Below are positions 36,251 through 49,741 of a stretch of DNA of 64,000 nucleotides, piece by piece. The notes beneath the pieces were generated by a model. That model searched no databases. It saw nothing but the letters and a program-made list of their open reading frames with translations, and was not told the origin of the DNA. Origin of the DNA: Salpingoeca rosetta (Eukaryota; Protista; Choanoflagellata); NCBI GenBank assembly GCA_033442325.1, contig JAWQFM010000003.1, positions 1,961,490-2,025,489 of the forward strand, given 5' to 3'. Made by a program: the position numbers and the translations under genes. The stretch's first letter is position 1, and every line of letters starts with the position of its first letter.

Positions 36251-38771
36251 TTACCTGCGGCTCCTGCTGTTGCTGCGGGCACGCGTGCGCTTCGACCGCT
36301 TCGCACTTGGCTCCTCGTCAGACACATCATCCTTGTTGGAGGTGTTCTTCTTGCCCTTTGAGCGCTGGCGCGTGGCGGGCGGAGAGAACATGTCGTGCTC
36401 AGCAGGTGCAGGCGTGGTCTCGCGATCGCCCTGCGTCTGTCCCTTGTTTGCGCGCCCACGGGTTGCCTTGGTGCGTGTCTCCTCTTCCTCTTGCTCTTCC
36501 CCCTCTTGTTCTTGCTCTTGCTCTTGCTCTTGCTCTTCCTCTTGCTCTTGCTCTTCCTCTTCATTGTCGCTGTTGTGGTCGACGATGGCCAGCAAGCGCT
36601 CCTGCAACTCCGCCTTGCGCCCGCGCACTTCTGCACCAACCTCGCTCAGCACGGCACGAAGCTCCGCCACCTTCATGGCCATGATCTGCTCGCGTGACAG
36701 CTCAAGGTCAACGTCCTCTTCTTCCTCTTCTTCCTCTTCCTCCTCTTCCTCCTTTTCCTCCTCATCATCATCACTGCCTTCTGCCTCGGCTTCATCTTCC
36801 TCAACAGCGTTGCCCTGTGAAGTCTCAGCGTCACTGGCCTCGTTTGCCGTTTCCTGGGCTCCAGCTGCATGTTCCTGCTCTTCCTCTGCCTCCTCCTCCT
36901 CCTCCTCTGCGTGCTGTTCGTTCTGATTTGCCTCAGCGCTCGCATCGTTCGCGGCAGAGGCGCGGATGGCATCGAGCAGGCGCTCCTGTAGCTGCTTCTT
37001 GCGGCCAGCAGCAGACACGCCAATCTCAGACAGCGCATGTCGCAGATCGTTCATCTTCATGCTCATCACGTCATCCTCTGTCAGCCCAAGCTTGGACGCC
37101 GCAGTGTCGTTGCCGCCCTCCTCCTCCTCCTCCTCCTCATTGTCTTCCTCCTCCTCTTCCGCATCAGCAGCAACAGCAGCAGCAGCATCGTCATGTCCTT
37201 CATCTGCTGATTCGTCCTCGTCCTCCTCCTCTTGCATGGCAGCGCCAGTATCCTTGTCCTCCTGCTCCTGTCCAACCTCCTGCTCCTCATCTTCCTCGTA
37301 TTCCTCATCTTCCTCCTCTTCCTCCTCTTCCTCGGTGCGCTCAGGGATGACAGAGAGCTTGCGCTTCTCAAAACTCAGCTTCGGGCCCCGCAACTCGTCC
37401 TCGTCGCGAGGGCTGGGCTCCAGGGCAATCGACAGCCGCGACTGCAGCTCCGCCTTGCGGCCGCTGGTGGACAGCCCGCGTGCCTCCAGCTCGGCCCGCA
37501 GCTCCTTGCACGTCATCGACTTGACGTCCAGGCGACTGGGCTCCGGGTGGCGCGGTGCGAGCTGCTTGCGCTCCATCTTCTTCTGGCTGGACCGCGTCAG
37601 ATACGCGCGCTGCGGTGGCGACGCCGGCTCAGGCGTCCGCATGCCATCCTCTGCTTCATCCTCAGCCTCATCATCACCCGCCTGTTCTGCGTTGGGCTGC
37701 GCCTTGACGGGCATGCTTGGGGCAGACTCCGTGCCTTCCTGTGCCTGTTCATCGTCGTCGTCAGCTTTCGCCTCATCCTGCATTGCTGCGGCCTTGGCAC
37801 CATGCTCGTCATCCTCTGCCTGCTCCCGCATTTGCTCGGCTTCGGCGGCAGTTGGCATGGTTTCCTCGGCGGTGGCTGTTGTCTCCTCGGATGTCTGGTC
37901 ATCGACCTCGGCAGAAGGTGCAGCAGCAGCATCCTGCTCTTGCCCCTCCTCAGCCGTTTCCTCTCCGACTGCGCCCTTGTCCTCGTCGTGCTCTTGTGCC
38001 ACTTGCGCATTGGGCTCTTCCTCAGCAACACCATCACCACCTTCCTCTTCCTCAAGGACTTCTTCCTCTTCCTCCTCATCCTCATCCTCATCCATCTCTT
38101 CATCTTCTTGCTCCTCAGCCTCGTCCTCCTCCATCTCCTCCTCAGCGTCTTCCTCGACTTCCTCGACTTCCTCGACAACCTCCACCACCATTTCATCCTT
38201 ATCCTGCACAGCCTCCTGCTCCTTCTCCTCCTCATCTTCTTGCTTCTCTTGCTCCTCTTCCTTAACCTCTTCCACAACCTTCTCCACAACCTCTTCTTCC
38301 TCGTCGGCAGCTGCTGCCACGGGCTTCAGTGCAACGCCGCGGCGAACAGCCTCCCGTGTGGGCGTGTTCAGGCTCTTCTTGTACAGAGTCTTGAGCGCAA
38401 TCCCTTGCTGCACCTCCCGCCGCACCGGTGACGGCAGCACGTGCTGTGCCTCGTTGGCGTCTTCGCGTGCCTGTGCGACAATCTCCTCCTGCAGGTGTGC
38501 GGGGAGAGCGCGGGCGCGGCTGAGGCGGTAGCGGCGCTCGCGGCGCTTCAGCAGCCGCTGCGCAGCGTTGACGGAGATGGTCACCATCTTTGGGCACTGG
38601 TTCAGGGCCCGGCGGATCGGGTGGCACAGCGAGGGGGCATATGGCACAAAGCGAAGCCCGCGGGGGCGAGAGCGCTTGCGCTTCACATTCGCAGCAGCAG
38701 CCTTTGCAATGGCCAGTGCCATGGCCTGCTGGTCTTCCTCGTCCTCCTCGTCTTGCTCTGCTTCGTCATCC

Positions 38772-38808
<37 letters not shown>

Positions 38809-40104
38809 CTGCCGCCACATTGGCGCTGTTGTCTTCCCCCATGGGCATCGAAACGTCTTCCTGCTCAGCCTCAGCGGCACTCGCATCGCTGCCTTCCTCC
38901 TCGTCCGCAGAATCGTCTTTTCCCTCTTCCTCTTCTTCCTCCACATCTTCGTCATCGTGCATCACAACAGCAACCTCCTCGACTTGTACGGCCTCGGTCA
39001 CTTCCTCATCTTCGTCGTGTTCATCCGCAGGTGTAGCCTTCACCTTCTTCAGAGTCACGCCCTCCTTGATCTGCTCGCGCACAGGCGTGTTGAGTGCCTT
39101 CTTGTACACCTTGTTCAGCTCCTTGCCTTCCTTCAGCTGCTGACGCACGGGTGTCGCAAGGCCCTTTTTGTACACCTTGTTCAGCTCCTTGCCCGCTTTG
39201 ATCTGAGCACGCACGGGTGTTGCCAGGCCTTTCTTGTACACCTTGTTGAGGTTGGCGCCGCCTTGGATTTGCTGGCGGAGAGGGGTCGCGAGTGCCTTCT
39301 TCTTGGCCTGCGTAGTCTCTGTGTCTTGGGTAACAGTCTTCTTCAGAGTCACGCCCTCCTTGATCTGTTCACGCACAGGCGTGTTGAGTGCCTTCTTGTA
39401 CACCTTGTTCAGCTCCTTGCCTTCCTTCAGCTGCTGACGCACGGGTGTCGCAAGGCCCTTCTTGTACACCTTGTGCAGCTCCTTGCCCGCTTTGATCTGG
39501 GCACGGAGAGGCGTCGCGAGTGCCTTCTTCTTGGCCTGCTTGTCCGTGTCTTGGGTAACAGTCTTCTTCAGAGCCACGCCCACCTTGATCTGCTCGCGCA
39601 CAGGCGTGTTGAGTGCCTTCTTGTACACCTTGTTCAGCTCCTTGCCTTCCTTCAGCTGCTGACGCACGGGTGTCGCAAGGCCCTTTTTGTACACCTTGTT
39701 CAGCTCCTTGCCCGCTTTGATCTCCTTGCGAAGCGGCGTCGACGCTGCCTTCTTGTACACCTTGTTAAGGTTGGCGCCGCCTTGGATTTGCTGGCGGAGA
39801 GGAGTGGCAAGCGCCTTCTTCTTGGCCTGCTTGTTCTCCTGCTGCGTGGCTGCAGGCTTTGGGCTGTTGAGGTCAATCAAGTCCTGGTCAGACTCTGTGG
39901 AGGCGTCAAGGTTCAGCTTTGGCGGTGTCTGCTGCATCTTCTTGGGCGTGGTCGCCCTGGACTTCTTCTTGCGCTGCGATGTTGGGCGCGAGCCAACCGT
40001 CTCACCCGCCTCATCCGACTCTGGAATCCTCTACACACCACAACCACGGACCAACATGCATGTAAGTACCGGGTGCATGCACACATGTGGGCGTGTGTGT
40101 GTGT

Positions 40105-40147
<43 letters not shown>

Positions 40148-41823
40148 TGTGTGTGTGTGTGTGTTTGTGTTTGTGTGTGTGTGTGTGTTTGTGTTTGTGT
40201 GTGTGTGTGTGTTTGTGTTTGTGTGTGTGTGTGTGTTTGTTTGTGCGCCGTGTGCGCGAGCAGAGGTGTGCCACCGTCTCAACGTGACACTTCCACGGAC
40301 ACACAAGCAATTGGGGGCAAGCGACGACACCTTGAGGATGGGCACGAGGGCGCTCCTGCGCTTGACAGAGACGGGCCGCGGTGATGCACCACGCTTCAGC
40401 GGCGTGCTGGGCGGCAAGTCCTTGTCGAAGATCTCTGGAGACAGCGGGTCGGAGAACCCCACGCTACGACGACGTGGTGCGAGCGCAGGGGAGGCGCCCG
40501 TGCTGCCCCGCTTGCTGTCATTGGCGGTCGCAGCAGCCGTTGCTGCCTTGTTCTTCTTCTTGAGGGAGCTCTTTGGTAGCTTTGTGGCAGCAGGGGATAC
40601 CGTGTTGCTGGGTGTCTTTGAGCGGGGGCCGCCGGCACCAGCGTTGCGGTCCTGCAGTGGAGTGGAACGGCGTGAGCTCTTCTTGCTTGCAGACGCGGGG
40701 TTGGACTGTTCATGTGGGATGTTGTGCGGTTATGTGTGTGTATGTGTGTGTGTAGGTGGGTGTGTGTGGGCGTGCGCGCAGGGGTGTTGGTGCATTTGGG
40801 CATGTGAACAACGGCAACAAGGGAAATATGAACAACAGCCAGAAGCAAGCATGGTGTGGGTGCTGTGCGTATGTGTGCGCACACATCCCAAAAAAAAAAA
40901 ACACTGCTACAGACAGTGGCACCACGCAAAGCCACAGCTCCAAGCAAGTAACCCAAACGCACACAAACACACGCACACAACACACGCACAGATGCACATA
41001 AACAGACGCACATGCACACACGCGCACACACGCACACACGCACACAAACACATGCAGACACGCGCCGTCACACACGTCAACGCACCTTCTTTGGGGTGGA
41101 GAGGATACGCTCGTTGGGAAAGTGGAAGCGAAAGCGGCGCTCGGCAATGGTGATGACATCGCCGTCCTTGAGCTCCCGTGACTTGTCAACAACAGCGCCG
41201 TTCACCAGCGTCGCATTGTAGCCAGAGTCTGCTGCGATGACAAGCTACAGCAGCAATGAAGGAAACAGTTTGCCACAGGGGGTCCACATGTGAGTTTGGG
41301 TGCGAGAAATGAGGCTGAGGACAGCAAAGGTAGTGGTGGTGGTGCAACAATGTCACGAAGCAGGAACGTGCATGCTGGAGTCAAAGCATGACACTGCGGT
41401 GCCTTGAGCACGGGCGGAGCAAGCGAGCGTACCTTGCCGCTGTCTCCCTTGCGGATGCTGGCGTGGTGCTGTGAGACTTTTGGGTTTTGAATGCGAATGT
41501 CACATTGCAAGTCCCTGCATAACAGTACACGTGTGTGCGTGTGTGTGTGCGTGTGTGTGCGTGTGTGTGTGTGTGCGTGTGTGTGAGTCGACATGCAACG
41601 GAGGAACAATAAGGAACAAGGCACAACTCCTGCACAAGCTATCTGCACGTCGAGCCAGTGTGTGTGTTTTTTTTTGTGTGTGTGTGTGTGAGCACCCTCA
41701 GGCCGCTTAGCAAGTGACAGACCTGCCAAAGGAGCAGGAGTCTTTGGTGATGTTGTAGATGGAGCCATCCTTTCCCGTCTTCTTCTTGATCACCACAAGG
41801 TGACCAACGACGTTGGAAGCCAT
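36251..41823 (-). CDS. Ki-67-like protein (~1498 aa): FHA + PP1-docking motif + tandem 22-aa repeats + acidic region + 3 SAP domains
   Basis: Exons 41723-41823, 41433-41514, 41086-41244, 40331-40705 and 36251-40030 join in frame at GT/AG. FHA: HLVVIKKKTGKDGSIYNITKDSCSFGRDLQCDIRIQNPKVSQHH..NATLVNGAVVDKSRELKDGDVITIAERRFRF. PP1 motif: RRRSVGFSDPLSPEIFDKDLPPSTPLKRGASP. SAP pattern: MxxxELRxxL...G....GRKAELQxRL, three times. Confidence 0.85.
39040..39817 (-). repeat. Coding tandem repeat: 11 units of 66 bp (22 aa), KxLxTP(L/V)RxQIKxGxxL(N/K)KV
   Basis: Read directly from the translation. Two units are extended by a TVTQD..QAKK spacer. Confidence 0.95.
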
Positions 41824-42037
41824 ATCGGGCAACAGCCTGCGTGTCTTTGTGTGGTGTGTGTCTGCCTTGTGTGTGTCTGTGGATGCCTTGTGGATGCGTG
41901 TGTGTATGCGTGTGTGTCTCTGTGTCTTCCGTGTCTGCCTTGTGTATGCGTGTGTATGTGTGTGTATGCGTGTGTGTGTGCGTGATGAATGGCTTTGTGC
42001 GTGTCTTTCATCTGCTCCGCCACGGAAACCGCCAGCA

Positions 42038-42059
42038 GCGAAATTTCAAATTTCGCGCC
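42038..42059 (-). promoter_or_regulatory. Candidate E2F/CDE-CHR cell-cycle element (GGCGC-GAAA-TTTGAA) within a perfect 9-bp inverted repeat
   Basis: The minus strand reads GGCGCGAAATTTGAAATTTCGC, about 220 bp upstream of the Ki-67-like ATG, in the region shared head-to-head with HSP60. Confidence 0.55.
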
Positions 42060-42370
42060 CGAGAAATCAATAAAGATATGAGGGAAAAGCCGCTTAATGA
42101 ATAACTTCAACAACTTTTCTCTACTGTTGCACGGCGTTGCACGCAACAGCACAAGTTGCGTGCTGGCACCTTCCAAACGCTTCCTTCCTGTGCTTTCGCC
42201 CGCCTTGCTTGTTCTGGCCGCAAGAAGCAACAAGGACACGTGTGCTTGTGCACCCCCGCATCACCATTTTTCCAGTCTTTCTTGTCGGGCTTGTCGTGCT
42301 TGCTGTATCGTTCAGGTACGACAAACGTGCAGACGTGCAGCTCCTTGAGGGCTGGGCTGGGCTTGGCGTA

Positions 42371-42433
<63 letters not shown>

Positions 42434-42518
42434 GCGTGTGCGTGTGTGTGTGTGGTGATGGCTACACGCTCTGCGTCGTGCTGTTTACTGACAAGGAGAC
42501 CAACACACTGTCACGTAG

Positions 42519-46283
<3,765 letters not shown>

Positions 46284-46997
46284 AGCACCACCTGGCATCC
46301 GTTGACTCCTCTCCCCTCCCCCCTCCCCCCCCCCCCCCAACACATGCCCTCTGGGCTCAATTGCCACACAACCCCCCGCCCCCTTCCACAAGCACATACA
46401 GACACAATCATCTCATGCACACAGCACAGCCCTGTCCATCCAGCAGCGAGCACGTGGTCTTGCTTTTTGGTGTCGTTTGTGATGTCCCTGCCCTGCCCAT
46501 GCTGAATTGGGGCGTGCCCTGTCCTGGTGAATGGAATTCGGAGTGCACGAGTGCTATTGTCCGGAACCCCTTTTTCTCCTCCTTAGGACTGTCGTCGTCT
46601 TTGATTTGTTCCTGTGTTCACACACTTGCCTGCTGCCCCAATGCGGCCTCCATCCTTACTCTTCTTTGTTCTTGAATGTTTTCTCGGTTGGTGTGCGACT
46701 TTGTACTCACATCAGCTCGCGGAAACAAACGAAATGAATAACAGCAAATGTCACACTCCCCTTCGAGTACGACGAACCAACCACAACATCAGTGTGTGTG
46801 TGTGTGTGTGTGTGTTGCGGCGTTTGAATGGCGAATCAAGCAGGGATTGCTTTTTTATCAAGGTGTGCGCACACAACAACGGAAGGGGGTATCAAGAGTG
46901 TTGTAAGAGAGGGCCAGCAAGCAAGCAAAAGATGAGAGTCGGAGGAAACGTTGCACAGCGATGAAAATGATGGCAACAAGACAGTAAGTTTCACAGG

Positions 46998-47657
46998 TTA
47001 TTGGTTGGCTTTGCCAGACGCAATCGTGCACACGCGGTGGCGGGAAAAATAATCGCTCGCCTTGTCAACAGCAGCAGCGTGCACCACCTCCTGGTTCACG
47101 TGCTCGCCACGCTGCTTTGCATCACGGAAACGACTTCGCAGCTCGCTCCGGAACCGCTTGAAGAGCGCCTTGTAATCGGCCTTGTCGCCAAAGCCGTGCG
47201 GCCAGTGCTTGCTGAGCAGCGCCTTCTTAATGGCAGCATTGAGGTAGTCCTCAAGCACCTTGTGGTCGAGGGCAGACGGCTCGCGGCTCCCCGGTTTTCG
47301 CTCCTGCTGCTCTTGCTGTCGCGGCGGCTGCTGCTGCCGTGCCGGTGGTGGCGGTGGTGGTGGCGGTGGCGGTACGCTGTCATCAACAACATACCCACGG
47401 TGCTCGGGCTCGCGCGCGTGTGCTGCAGGGTGAGGCGGTGGTGGCGGCGGTGGCGGTGAGCGCCTTCTTGCCGCATACGCGTAGTCTCGGCCGCGCACCG
47501 CATCTGCTGGCGGTGGAGCCATGCGAGGAGACGCGCGGCGACCCCCGTGCGGCAGCGGGGAACGCGACCGTGAGCGGCCACGGCGGCGTGGAGGAGAGTT
47601 GGGACGGCGGCCATACCGGTCTGCCTCAACATACCCACGACGACGATCATAGTCCTG

Positions 47658-47691
<34 letters not shown>

Positions 47692-49706
47692 GGTGGCGGC
47701 GGCGGTGGCGGCGACGCACGGCCAGGCGCCACATCACGACGGGCAATGTCGTCGGCGCGATCCCTCATGGGCCGGTCCCTGCTGCGGGCGCGCCTGTCAC
47801 GGTCTCGCCTACCGCGGCCGGAGCGAGTGCGGCCACCGCGGGAGCCACGTCGCCAATCATCCCCAGCCGGCAGTGGGGAGCGGGAACGGCGACCGCGAGA
47901 CCGGTCGCTGCTGCGGCGGCGCTGCTGTTCATCTGCATCACCACCACGGCGACCTGTGGATGCTGACACCGCTGGGCGCTGTTGGGCGAGGCTGGACGCG
48001 AGCACAATCAGCTTCACACCTGCGCTGCGGTCGTCCTGAGCCTCGTCGTTGTCGTCGTCCTTGTCGTCGTCGCTGCCCTCTTGGTCGATTTTCAAGGCTG
48101 CGTTGTTGCAGCCGGAAACAAGTTTCGCGCGGGCGCGCTCAGCGGGCGTCTCCTTCACGTCAGCCCACGTCTCCTCGTCGACATCTTTCTCTTGCCTCTG
48201 TTGCTCCTTCTGCTGAGCACTGTGGTACGCCCTCAAGCTCGAACGGCGCCCGCCCTCATCCTCGTCATCATCCTCATCGTCGTCCTCGTCGTCGTCGTCA
48301 TCGTCATAGGTGTTGTTGTCACCACCACCATTGTTGGCCTCAGCTGAGCCGCCGTTCTCGTCGGCCTCGTTCGCCTTGGCGTCGCTCTCAGCTGCTTTCG
48401 CTGCTGGTGGCAGCAGGAGCACCGTGTCCTCGCTTGGCGGTGGAAAGCTGCACAGCACCGCGTCGCAGATGTAGCCCACCAGCAAGTCCAGCTCGGCCGG
48501 GTTCAGGTGCGATCCGTCAAACACGTGCGGCCGGTTGGTATCGAGGACGGTGCCAAACTGGCCGGCGCGCAGTGCGTCGGCGAATGCGGTGCGGCTGAAG
48601 ATGCGCTGTTGGTCGTTGGTCGCTGTCGAGCACGCCAGAATGAGGCGGCGCGTGAGCTCTGGCGAGAGGGCCATGCCCCCGGCCTTGGCCTCCGACCACA
48701 CGTCCTTGGCAAGCGAGAGGTCGGCCCTGCTCTTGATGCTGGCGTCAACGACGCGCTCCAGCGTTGCGCTGTCCAGCACAACATCAAGCTCCTTGCACTT
48801 GCGGAAGCAGGTTCGCACGCGCCCAATGTCGCCAATCTCAAGCGCGACCTGAAGGTGGAAAAAAGGGAAGATGGGAGATCAAAGGTGGGACAGTCGAGGG
48901 GCGTGACAACACGAGGAACGGACGTGTGAGGGCAACGGAGACGCGCTGATGCTTCAAAAAGGGCCTTGTATGGCGCAATACGGAAGGAGTGTCGGTCTTC
49001 GGCAGCAGACAAGACTGGCAGATATGCCTCTTGCAACTGAGACAAGAGAAAGCACATGCACAACCAATTCAAGCGTATTTCACACGAGCACCCAAAGTAC
49101 ATTGAAATACAAATCAAAGCACACACTTCATAGCGCGTGCACACCCACGCATTTTGTCTCACCTCGAGGGCTGCCTTGGCTGCGTCTGGGGAGATGCGCT
49201 GCGTCAACAGGGTGTTGGCGACGCTGTGCAGCTTTGGGTGGCGCAAGCACAGCGAAAGAACCCCAGCTTGGTTGTACTGAAACGCCCCGTTCAGTCTGGA
49301 TCGCGGCTGCGGTTTTGCACACGATACACGTGACAAACGGGCATGGTGTGTGAGAGGATGAGAGAACATGGGTGAGTAGAGTGGGTGGGTTGGTGCATGG
49401 GTGAGAGGCGCATGCGTGAGTGGGTTAGGGTTAGTGAGTGGGTGAGTGGAGGTTGCCTTGACGGTCGGCAGTGCAACGGCAAGGACATCATCTCCATCGA
49501 TGTGCATGTGTGTGTGAGGAACGCACCCGCAGATCAATCCAGGACAGAAGGGTGATAGCCGTGTCTTGTTCGCCTTGCTCAAGCATCTCCCCGGCAAATC
49601 GCAACGTCGCTTCGATCCCAAGCTGGTGCAGGCAAGAAAAGTGTCACCAGCACGCCATGCAAGAGGGTGTGTGTGTGTGCGTGTGTGTGTGTGTGTGTGT
49701 ATGCGT

Positions 49707-49741
<35 letters not shown>

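Noticed and set aside
39040-39817. The regular 66-bp repeat as a CRISPR-like or non-coding array
   Set aside because: There are no unique spacers, the period is a multiple of 3 and it lies inside a long ORF, so it is a coding tandem repeat in a eukaryotic gene.
36966-40384. Long plus-strand ORFs (36966-38531, 38441-40384)
   Set aside because: They are antisense shadows of the Glu/Lys-rich minus-strand exon, with Ser/Leu-rich translations and no recognisable motifs.
42039-42048. Heat-shock element for HSP60
   Set aside because: Only two inverted nGAAn units are present, whereas a canonical HSE needs three. Kept only as an alternative reading of the CDE/CHR-like site.
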